Source: Haliotis rufescens (lineage: Eukaryota). From it: a DNA stretch of 64,000 nucleotides. Location of the stretch: contig NW_025963813.1 of assembly GCF_023055435.1 (NCBI RefSeq), positions 25,420,001-25,484,000 on the forward strand, given 5' to 3'. The notes beneath the pieces were generated by a model. That model ran no database searches. It was not told the origin of the DNA and saw only the letters and a program-made list of their open reading frames with translations. The first letter of the stretch is position 1, and each line of letters starts with the position of its first letter. Positions 54,038 through 64,000 of this stretch are shown piece after piece. The position numbers and the translations under genes were made by a program.

Positions 54038-54370
54038 TTATTCCCCGCCACAAAGTGGAAGGGGGATATAGGAATGGGTGCTGACCGTCTGTCATGTTCC
54101 GTTTTGTTTCCGGAGCAGAACTAAAAAACCATGAGATATAGTTTCACCAAACTTGGGATATAGGTCTAGTGGTAAACTGGTGCCTTTTCATAGGTTGGGA
54201 TTTTGAAAAATTTATTTTATGAGTTTTCATAGCAACGACTTTGATTTAGACGGAAAATGGCGATAGTGCTCGTTTCCGGAACAGATCTTGAGAACCGTAC
54301 AATATTTCTTGCCTTTCACACAACCGAACATGTCATACTGGCCGGAGATAGGAGTATTTCATACTTGTTT
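54038..54370 (+). mobile_element. Internally deleted HINE of the same family as 12370-14000
   Basis: Shares both 5' and 3' ends with the long copy. Its 5' subTIR TCCCCGCCA is complementary to TGGCGGGG at the 3' end of the long copy. Confidence 0.85.
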
Positions 54371-54954
54371 TCAACAATGATGATGAACAAATGTTTGTTC
54401 TGGGGGTATAATGCAATGGAAATGTTTTGAAAATGGTTGTGAATGGAGTGTCAAATAAAACATTTTTCACTCTGCACATCTTTGTGTTTTACAGTCCAGC
54501 ATGGGATCATCTGCAAGAAGTAGTTCTAGTCATCAGTGCCTTCGTCCTTCAGGTGGGGAGGATTGGCTGGTGTTATCAGATTTAAGGTTGCAATCTCCTC
54601 ATGTGTTTTAACTTGGAATTTAAACTGTTTATGAAATACATGAAACAGGAATCAATTCTTGTATAATTTTGCACAGTAAATTATATTTGAGGGCATCAGT
54701 TACTTCCCCTTACTTTAGTATACTGGATGTATACTGGATGTGGATGTGAATATTCTGGGAACTGGTCAAGTTACAAATAACTTTAATACATGGATACAAC
54801 TATAGATTTCTTCTGCAATCTTTACACAAATAGTTATTAAAGGTTCTGTGAGTTGAAAAGATTTTGTGCAACATGGGGTTTGAAGATTAATTTCGAAAAA
54901 ATCTGAATGTTGTTTCAGAAATGTTGGTAAAATATAATTATAACTTGATGTTTT

Positions 54955-55156
54955 GGGACTCTCCGTGGTCTAGTGGTAGCAAATCCGCCCGGAGAGCAGA
55001 AGGTCCAGTACCAAAAGACGTTAAAAAAATGGTACTTGTTGTCACCCTGTCTGGCGCATTATGGGGCTAAAACAAGGACTGGTCGGCTTGGAGTCAATAT
55101 ACTGTTTCTGAGTATGGTATCTCAGTGAGCTCGCACTATAAATTGACATCAGTCCG

Positions 55157-55222
<66 letters not shown>
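54955..55222 (+). mobile_element. tRNA-derived SINE with Nin-domain-like core and (CTA)n tail
   Basis: A-box GTGGTCTAGTGG and taccaaaagacgttaaaaaaatggtacttg core. A related fragment lies at ~15520-15560. Confidence 0.65.
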
Positions 55223-55785
55223 CACACACACACACATATTCAATTGATCACTGAGGATGAACACTCTTATCTACATCAGAGTTCTACTAAAGTCAGTGGC
55301 TGAAAAAGGTAAACAAGTTGGGTGTCAGAAATAAGTTCTTTATTTTGTTCAGGTTTTTCTTCTGCTTGGTTATCACCATATTCACAAACAAAACCGGTGA
55401 TGGTATCTTCATAAAACAACATTTATAGAATATGAAGGTACCATTTCTTCCCATTTCTTCCTTTCAAAAACAAATATGCTGAGACATTTGGAATATTGCC
55501 ACTTTAAGTGGAAATCCATTCTAATAAAAAAATAATTTGAATAAGGATTGTCCAGCAAGTTTAGACATGAGGTAGTGTAAGGGACCCTACATAACATATT
55601 AAATCCCCTACCATGACAGTGCTCTGCACCTTGGTGTGTTCATTGTACACTATTACAAATCAATAGGACACTAAAGACATAAACTAATATCAAATATTTT
55701 TCAACATTTGTCAATGATAAAATGGTAGCTATGCCAATTTTGAGAGGCAGTGATATAATCTCTGGTTGACCACCTGATGATTGCT

Positions 55786-56045
55786 GTGAGTGAGTTTGGT
55801 TTAACGCCGCTTTTAACATTATTCCAGTTATATCACGGTGTGTCAGCTTAATGTGGGAGGAAAGCCCGAAGTGATGAAGGACTCAGGCGTTTACCACGAG
55901 CACGGGTATTGTGCTGACAAACCTAGAAACATAATCGGGGCGAACCGGGATTCGAACCCACAATCAGAGGTTTCTGGCATGCCCAAGGGACGCAGCTCTG
56001 CACATCGAATCGCGGCGCCTTAGACGACTGGGCCACCCGTGCCCC
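55786..56045 (-). mobile_element. SINE with tRNA-Leu-like head, Meta-like core and ACTC tail
   Basis: Minus strand reads GGTGGCCCAGTCGTCTAAGGCG...GGGTTCGAATCCC. A second copy lies at 17098-17350. Confidence 0.8.
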
Positions 56046-56076
56046 TATTGCTGTGAACTAGTTGTAACATAACAAG

Positions 56077-56655
56077 GGCATCTACATCTGGATGGATCTG
56101 ATGGAAACAAGGGAACACATCTACATCTGGATGGACCTGGTGGAAACAAGGGAACACATCTACATCTGGATGGATCTGATGGAAACAAGGGAACACATCT
56201 ACATCTGGGTGGACCTGATGGAAACAAGGGAACACATCTACATCTGGATGGATCTGATGGAAACAAGGGAACACATCTACATCTGGGTGGACCTGATGGA
56301 AACAATAGAATACACCTACATCTGGGTGGACCTGATGGAAACAAGGGAACACATCTACATCTGGGTGGACCTGATGGAAACAAGGGAACACATCTACATC
56401 TGGATGGATCTGATGGAAACAAGGGAACACATCTACATCTGGATGGATCTGATGGAAACAAGGGAACACATCTACATCTGGGTGGACCTGATGGAAACAA
56501 TGGAACACACCTACATCTGGGTGGACCTGTTGGAAACAAGGGAACACATCTACATCTGGGTGGACCTGTTGGAAACAAGGGAACACACCTACATCTTGAT
56601 GGACCTGATGGAAACAAGGGAATACATCTGGGTGGACCTGATGGAAACAGGGGAA
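56077..56655. repeat. 39-bp minisatellite (~15 copies)
   Basis: Unit catctacatctggatggatctgatggaaacaagggaaca. Confidence 0.97.
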
Positions 56656-56791
56656 CGGTAGGTTAGCCCTGTGGTTAAAGTGTTCTCTTTTCACGCCAGG
56701 GTTGATTCCTCACATGTGTTCAATGTGTGAAACCCTGGTATTGCTTGAATATGGCTAAATGTGGAGTAAAACAATACCCACTCACTCACTC
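56655..56791 (+). mobile_element. Degenerate copy of the 14841-15017 SINE
   Basis: gtggttaaagtgttc...gattcctcacatg...caatgtgtgaa...actcactcactc. Confidence 0.7.
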
Positions 56792-56999
56792 CAATTGCGG
56801 GTGTTTTTATCTTGTTATCAGTAGTATATAACAACACTGGTTGGCATCCACTCAACACTCATGCAGGAACAAAAGCATCTCAGATGAACATAAGCATTTC
56901 TGATCAACGTAAGAAAATATCAGATGAACAGAGACAAATCTAGACCTGCTAGATTCAGCCTCAACACTGAATTAATTGTCAGTTTCGTATCTTAGATTG

Positions 57000-57340
57000 A
57001 AATGATAATGGACGAGCTCATCGTGCCAGGATTGTGATCCAATTCCTCCAACAGCAAAACATCCATGTCATGCCATGAAGACCAGCACTCGGTCCTGACC
57101 TATTTGCCTAATATTATGTCTGGAACGTCAGTGGCAGACGTACGTCAACGTCGAATACACCAACCATCATCAGAAGCATGCCTCAAAGAATTCGTGCATG
57201 TCTCATCTCACCACACCAACCACCAGAACCCAGTACTCCACAGCAGATATGATTATATCATTTCCTTTTGCCAGTACTGCATATAGATCCACATATGTGT
57301 CTTCATGATTCCCACTATCCCCTACATTTTGGCACAATAT
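57000..57340 (+). mobile_element. Tc1 transposase C-terminal remnant
   Basis: DNGRAHRARIVIQFLQQQNIHVMP, followed by degenerate PDL / VWN segments. Confidence 0.65.
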
Positions 57341-58227
57341 ATATATCTGTGTCTGCTGGTGATATGACATTTGAACATTTGATTTTTAGATATATACTTC
57401 TCTTTATTTCAGTAAATGTCCCCGCTTGACAGCGGTATAAGGATCTATACCGAAAAGTAACTTTTTACAGTATTTAAGAAGTTGTTATCCATGTAATTGT
57501 GTCTACCTTGGCACCCGAAAACTTCTAAGTAATGCCTATGGATCAAGTTTATTTCGGCAAATGTAGGCCAATGACCCATGTTTACATTCGATTGCATGAC
57601 GTGTAGAATACATACAACATATTTATAGAAAATAGTTTTTCTGTCATTACATCCTCAGAATTATTTTATGTAGGAGCATAGCATGATAAAGGTACATAGC
57701 TAGATTTTGAACACACGTACCGCTTCCTGTGGCCATTAAAAGGGAAAAATTATTCTTATTAGTAAGGAGGCTATAGGTTTCTTGTATATATTTTGTACGT
57801 AGATGTTTGTAAGCAGAGCAAATTTGTAGGAATTAAATGATATTCATTCTCGATATAGCCAGAATTGCAACATTAAAATAGTCGACCACTTTGCGGTATA
57901 TGAACATATCTACCAGTTGACCCGTGAAAAACGTCGAGTCAGAATTTCTCCTCGGATTGGCTACGTCAAAACAATGTACCTTGGCGAACTTAAGTTTCAG
58001 GTATATCGATGACGTAATATATCGGTCAAACCTGCCAACCTGTGTTCCACCAGATTCAACCTATTAACGTTTTGATCACGTATTTTTGTTGGGTTAAATC
58101 CAAACTTTCTTTTGCCCCGCAGTTTAATGAGTTGACACGAGCAGAATCCATCACGTGTACATCATATCTTAAATATCAAACCAACTGTATAATGAATGTT
58201 TGTGCCATTTGTTGCGATACGTCATAA

Positions 58228-58727
58228 AGGGCCTCACCACAAACACACATCTTCAAAATCTAAGCCTGTTTTGAAGGAAAGGTATAGTTAATGGGGGCCA
58301 TCTTCAGTTTGCTAGTCAAAATGAGGTATGTATATACTAGTATATGTTTATAGGGATCTAGCTACTGTCGTAACGATCGTTTCTATCAAAATCGCGAGTA
58401 GTCTTGAAGTCACATTCTTATCTTTATAATTGCCTCCAATTAAAACCCGTTTAGACATAAAGAATTGATTCTCTGAATATTGTATCATGTTTTGATAAAT
58501 ACAGCAGCATGCAAAAGTCATGGATTGTAGATATGTATTTATTTCAAAAGACATGTTCAACTTGGAAGCCCTTGTGTTGACGTTGTTTTATAGTGTATCA
58601 TCGCAGAGCAGAGTATACCCGGCGAAAATGTTTATCATGAATATCGATAGAAGTTTGGTTCTAAACGCGAGTAGATTATGAACTATAAACTAGAGAATTA
58701 AAATTATTTCTTCAATGGGTAGGCCCT
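58228..58727. mobile_element. Possible degenerate Kolobok-type MITE
   Basis: ataaAGGGCCTCACC...GGTAGGCCCttaa; short imperfect TIRs only. Confidence 0.4.
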
Positions 58728-59129
58728 TAATAACTCTATATTTGGCGTCCTGGAAAATACTATCAGGAATTAATATGATAGATTTTGCGAGAAACGGAAA
58801 TGTAATTTTCTTAAACTAAACTGACAGGAAGAGATATATGGGTTTTGGGGTTGTTTTTTTAAAGGGGTATAATTATTCCCCTTCCCTCAACCCACCACGT
58901 ACAAAACGAAACACATATATTATACACACATATAGTTTTTCCATCCATGATCCCCCAAAGACGTATATACGTCCGTGATCCCCCGTACACACCTCCCTTG
59001 AACAGAATTAAATTGGATGTGCAGATACTGTTGTTCAAAGTAACCTAGTATCTATGGTTTTGTTTCGGGTAAACATGTGGCACGGCCATGCACAATTTGT
59101 AGCATTACAATATTTACAGTCATCCTTTT

Positions 59130-59214
59130 CCGTTTCAGAACGGTAACCCCTTTTCTACTCAACCGATAGAAAGCCGCACTTCCGTAACCTACATATTCCC
59201 GCGAAAACTTCAAG
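59130..59214 (+). promoter_or_regulatory. Candidate promoter / first exon of the CARD gene
   Basis: CACTTCCG (ETS), CCCGCGAAAA (E2F-like), and donor AAG|GTAAAT at 59214/59215. The next exon has acceptor ttttcttgcag| at 61076/61077. Confidence 0.5.
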
Positions 59215-59861
59215 GTAAATAATTTGATAAATATGACAAATGTTGAAGTTGATACCCATGTAGGTATGGAGAAATCTTTAAACTATTCGCCAATTATGTC
59301 TGAGTAGCAGTAAGTAGGTCACATTATGTAGATAAACGTTGAAATCGTGGAACTCGAAGTCCGTACACGATTTTCCTGAATTGCTGAAACGAAATTATGG
59401 TAAAAAATCATGAAAAAAGCGTTATTTGATTTTTCGTAACCGCACAAATTCCCCTCCAGATCTTTATCCATACAAAAATAGGTTGAGACAATCTGATCAT
59501 TGACATCATGACTTTATTATGAATATGCGTGAATTTGAGAAATAGCTGAATTCAACAAGTGTTTCACCATGGTAACTGATCACGTGAATGTTCTATTTAT
59601 AGCTCGGGAAACCCTTCTGACTTGTCCAAACTTGCACAGAGCTTATTCAAAACAAAAGGAAGCCATGAGTGTTTAGATACTCCACTTTCGAACAATTGCT
59701 GTGAGCACGGTCAGACTGTTAGATGCGATTGCTCGTAGACGTATACATCAATATGTCATCATCTGCATTGCACAACAGTACTTGAGCCCAAATGGTCAAA
59801 CTATCTTATCGAACTCAATGAGTTATGAGAATCGTACCTTGAGACACAGCATTATTACAAC

Positions 59862-59891
59862 CAGAGACCATATACCGGTATATGGTCTCTG
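59862..59891. mobile_element. 30-bp perfect palindrome with 7-bp TSD (TIR-only transposon remnant)
   Basis: TTACAAC|CAGAGACCATATACC-GGTATATGGTCTCTG|TTACAAC. Confidence 0.75.
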
Positions 59892-61119
59892 TTACAACTG
59901 ATGCAAGCCACAAGAGATGCATCACAATCTAGCCATGAAATAAGCACCAGGATAACTATGGTGCTAGAAAAGATTGGACCACAGTCAGAAATGGAAACAG
60001 TCGCTTCATTATGAACTAAACTGAAGGCCATTTGCTTGTGGTGGTGAAGCGAATAGGTTAGAACTTGGGGATTAAGTGTATGATAGAGCCTCATCAGTGC
60101 ATCGATTGAGTCCAGCTCCCTGGTCTTGTACACTTGTGCTATCTCCGATGAGGACAGCCACAAGGGAAACATTGGACTCATCCGTCTTCACCACATAGTT
60201 TGATGTATATATTGAAAAGTAAATTCGTTTCCCCATGGAGTATAAAACTGTCCATGATATTCTTTAATGTGTACTGTACAGCGCTTGTGAAGGCTGAGAA
60301 TGAAACGCTGTGAGAGTGTACCAGGAGTAACTATATAGGTATTAGTGAGCAGTAGATGGCAGATAGAACTTTTAAGCAACATGCAAAGCATATGGATTTG
60401 TTCAACTGCAGGATTTCTATTGAGTTGAGAGCCCCACCTATGGAATGAAAACAAGAAGACAAGTAAATATCACCATGCTCTTGAATCTAAGTGTATGTCA
60501 TATACCTGATTGATCCCATGAAAGCCTTCATATTCTGACTGAAAGGCTATAGAATTGAATGTCTAGAAATTAATCAGAACACAGAAAAGACAGCATTGCA
60601 TTGGCACACTACTGTTTATGGATTGTGTGTTTATTTATGTTAAGAGTGACAAGCAATATCTTATTCTAACCAGCTTTGTATTCTTCCATGAAACCCAATC
60701 ACTTTAGTGTTTACAATAAATTCTAAAGTTATATGTTGGGTGCCTTGAATATATGCCTAGTCAACTGATGCTAATGACATGAATGTCTGCCTTGAATATA
60801 TACCTGGTCAATCATTAGATGTGAACAAAATGATTACATGATTAGATTCTGTTGTTACCTATTAAAAATTTAATGTAACTGTAATCATGGTGAGATGTCA
60901 CTCTCAAAAGAGTAAATGCCAGCCTCAAGTAATAAAAAACCTTCATGGCTTTAGAAATACATCAAACCCAACTCACTCACTCACTATTGATAATCAAAAC
61001 AGATTATTCCATGGCCATGTATTGTAGTTGGTGGTCATTTGATTCAGCCATGAAGATCTTGCTGCTTTTCTTGCAGATGTTACATCCTCTGGGCACACAT
61101 TAGGAAGCAGGAGAGCAAG

Positions 61120-61254
61120 ATGGAGAAGAAACATAAAGAAATTTTGATAAAGCAGCGTGCCAACCTTGTGGAAAACATCAACCCCAGAGATGGCTTGTTT
61201 ACCCAGCTGATATCCCAGAAAGTCCTCAACCCTAGAAGTGTTCGTACCATCCAG
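61120..61254 (+). CDS. CARD-domain protein (caspase-2/RAIDD-like), first coding exon (N-terminal half of the CARD)
   Basis: MEKKHKEILIKQRANLVENINPRDGLFTQLISQKVLNPRSVRTIQ is a typical CARD start. Phase-0 donor CAG|GTTAGT. Confidence 0.88.
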
Positions 61255-61552
61255 GTTAGTGCTGTTATGTGCACTCTGTCATCTGTAGTGCTGCAAGATA
61301 TGTAGTGTCCTTGGGCCCTAGAGGTGTTTTGTTCAGTTTCATTCAAGGACCTAAACAATTCGAAATATTAGATTCTTAACATAAAGGCAAGACAAGAACC
61401 CTTCGACACTTTTCTGTCTTGAGCAAACAAAGGTGGCAATTCTTGTGTGTACGTACACTGTTACTATTGCTTTGAGTTAATGAACAAAAGTCAGCTTCAG
61501 TATTTGCAGAAATCAAACACGAACAATTTATGTAGGAAATTTGAGATTCCAT

Positions 61553-62240
61553 CTGTTGTGTTTCTGTTTCAATACGATCGTCCCCCTGTCCAGCAGATTA
61601 TCTAAGTGTTCCTTGTGTTTCTGTTCCAGTACAATTGTCCCCCTGACCAGCAGATTATCCTTGTGTTTCTGTTCCAGTACAATCGTCCCCCTGACCAGCA
61701 GATTATCCTTGTGTTTCTGTTCCAGTACAATTGTCCCCCTGACCAGCAGATTATCCTTGTGTTTCTGTTCCAGTACAATCGTCCCCCTGTCCAGCAGATT
61801 ATCTAAGTGTTCCTTGTGTTTCTGTTCCAGTACAATTGTCCCCCTGACCAGCAGATTATCCTTGTGTTTCTGTTCCAGTACAATCGTCCCCCTGACCAGC
61901 AGATTATCCTTGTGTTTCTGTTCCAGTACAATTGTCCCCCTGACCAGCAGATTATCCTTGTGTTTCTGTTCCAGTACAATTGTCCCCCTGACCAGCAGAT
62001 TATCCTTGTGTTTCTGTTCCAGTACAATCGTCCCCCTGACCAGCAGATTATCCTTGTGTTTCTGTTCCAGTACAATCGTCCCCCTGTCCAGCAGATTATC
62101 CTTGTGTTTCTGTTCCAGTACAATCGTCCCCCTGACCAGCAGATTATCCTTGTGTTTCTGTTCCAGTACAATCGTCCCCCTGTCCAGCAGATTATCCTTG
62201 TGTTTCTGTTTCAGTACAATCGCCCTCCTGACCAGCAGGT
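61553..62240 (+). repeat. 48-bp (two units 57-bp) minisatellite composed of the 3' splice site plus first exon codons, ~14 copies
   Basis: Unit attatccttgtgtttctgttccag|tacaatcgtccccctgaccagcag. Confidence 0.97.
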
Positions 62241-62731
62241 GGAGGAGCTTCTCAATGTTCTTCCAACAAGAGGCCCTGAAGCTTTCTCCAAGTTCTGTGA
62301 AGCACTGAAAGAAGATGATCAAGAACATGTGCTGGACTTCCTTAAGTGTGATGAAACTAAAAGTGAAACAACGAATGATGGAACGACACCAACTTCAGAA
62401 TCGGGCGAGTGTTCACGTAAACGAGCTCATTCTCCGTCCCCCCAGGTCTTGTGTATCAAGGACAAGGATAGTCAGAATTTAATGATCAAGTATTTAGCCA
62501 GTGAGGAACACTCAGATGCAGAGAAGAAGAGACAAATGTTTACAGATGGACACAAAGGTTATGAACAGGGAGAGCCACGGCACACATTCAAACACTGGAT
62601 ATCTGAACCTGGGGTCGTTCACATTGGTCGGTTTGTGCCGGTGGACCACCTTGAAAACTACATGGCCGCCCCATCAAGCTTGTCAGGGGGCAGATGTACC
62701 CCCTATGATCTTTCCCGATGTGATAGCCTAG
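62215..62731 (+). CDS. CARD-domain protein, second coding exon (C-terminal half of the CARD plus linker)
   Basis: YNRPPDQQVEELLNVLPTRGPEAFSKFCEALKEDDQEHVLDFL contains the LL..LP.RGP.AF..F..AL CARD signature. Phase-0 acceptor and phase-1 donor G|GTGAGA. Confidence 0.88.
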
Positions 62732-62970
62732 GTGAGAACCTGATTTGAGCTGAATGAAACTATGTATTTATCGAGGTATTAATGAAGTTAAGACCTCCAT
62801 GGTTTGCAGTGACTGACTGCACATTCATTCATTGTTTGAAAGCCCTTGTAAATATTAACGGACAACAATTCTTCAATCAGGGCCCCATATTAGGTTAACA
62901 GAGATTGTTCTTGAGGAGAATGTTATCAAATTAGGGGTTATATTATTCCTTTGAACTCTCAATTTTTCAG

Positions 62971-63033
62971 ATGCCATGACCAAGAGGCCTGTCCAGTTGT
63001 CCTCACCACACCAGCCGTCCAGTGATACAATAG
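62971..63033 (+). CDS. CARD-domain protein, third coding exon (63 nt); gene continues beyond window
   Basis: tttttcag|AT...ATAG|GTGACC, phase 1-1, open frame: (D)AMTKRPVQLSSPHQPSSDTI. Confidence 0.7.
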
Positions 63034-63235
63034 GTGACCACTCTTGTCTGGAGCTCTGTACCGCTGGCTTCCTTAATCACATGTTTCTTATACAAGGATT
63101 CTCTCTGCTGTGTTCATGCTAGAGGGAGGAAGTGTGACATCTATTTCAATTATAATGCAAGAAATATTGCCTTCTCAAACTTTCCATTTAGAGTTCAGGG
63201 AATGAGATTTCTCAGTTGGGTGCTTTGTTGCTAAG

Positions 63236-63490
63236 CTTAGAATAGGTCTTCAGCAACCCATGCTTGCCGTAAAAGGCGACTATGCTTGTCGTACGAGATG
63301 ACTAACGGGATCGGGTGGTCAGGCTCGTTGACTTGTTGATGCATGTCATCGATCCCAATTGCGTGGATCGATCCTCATGATGTCAATCACAGGATTGTCT
63401 GGTCCAGACTCGATTATTAACAGACCGCCGTCATATAGCTGGAATATTGCGGAGTGCGGCGTTAAACTACAAAAAAAACACAAAAAAAAA
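63236..63490 (+). mobile_element. V-domain-type SINE, intronic
   Basis: ttagaataggtcttcagcaacccatgcttg...gggatcgggtggtcaggctcg...ggaatattgcggagtgcggcgttaaac, then an A-rich tail. Confidence 0.85.
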
Positions 63491-64000
63491 CATTGTCTGT
63501 GCAAATGTCAAACGTAATGGTGAATATTGACTGAAGCACAGTCAGAAATGCTAGAAAAATGCTTTATCCCCTTTAAATAATTTTAGCACTTAACACACAA
63601 TTCTACACTTGAAACCTTATAAACTGGCAGTCAACTGTTTGTCGAAATTCAAATTGGTGTCTGACTAACTCTTACTTTTCCACACAACAAGGGTCTTTGA
63701 ACATAGTGAAATCCTCTTAAGCTTCATAGACCATACAACATCATTAATACCTGGGTTATATGTAATTTGTCTTCCTTTCTTGGGCTTGACATCATCAAAC
63801 TGTGGGTACTTCAAGATTATGTGCACATCCTATTTCGTTTTCACAGCAATATTTATGCAAAATCATGACAATCATCAGAGATCTGAGATTGATTTATGGG
63901 ACAAACATGCAACCTTATTTTGTATGTCGCAACTAGGTTTCATGTCAACATGCACCTGGTGCAAGTAAAATGAAGTTCTTAAATCAAGCCCTGACCTGTG

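Noticed and set aside
56020-56694. His/Cys-rich repeat ORFs (also 29580-30268, 42823-43185, 2175-2904)
   Set aside because: These are minisatellite translations with no gene structure.
61528-62328. Minus-strand 266-aa and alternative-frame ORFs over the CARD intron array
   Set aside because: They are artefacts of the 48-bp periodicity. Only the + frame continuous with the CARD is meaningful.

Overview
AT-rich, intron-containing animal genomic DNA. The SINE and HINE repertoire suggests a mollusc, possibly abalone; this is inference. Four protein-coding loci are supported. (1) A minus-strand gene of unknown identity with a ~3-kb low-complexity first coding exon (7575-4617), spliced to an exon at 79-1 and running off the window. 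(2) An intronless, divergent 14-3-3 gene (22832-22083, -). (3) A divergent SLC35C1/GDP-fucose-transporter-like gene with one coding exon (44523-45554, +). (4) The 5' part of a CARD-domain gene, caspase-2/RAIDD-like (coding exons 61120-61254, 62215-62731, 62971-63033, +). The rest holds about ten minisatellites, several tRNA-derived SINE families, Helentron/HINE elements, decayed Tc1 transposons, a Kolobok-type element and MITEs. The most striking observation is a 48-bp minisatellite inside the CARD gene that is a tandem amplification of the intron/exon boundary, giving 13 stacked CAG acceptors: the 3'-most gives an intact CARD, 8 others are in frame and 4 lead to a stop. Two other arrays also repeat splice-site-like units next to exon-like sequence. 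No CRISPR, rRNA or intact tRNA gene is supported. All counts and coordinates were read by eye.
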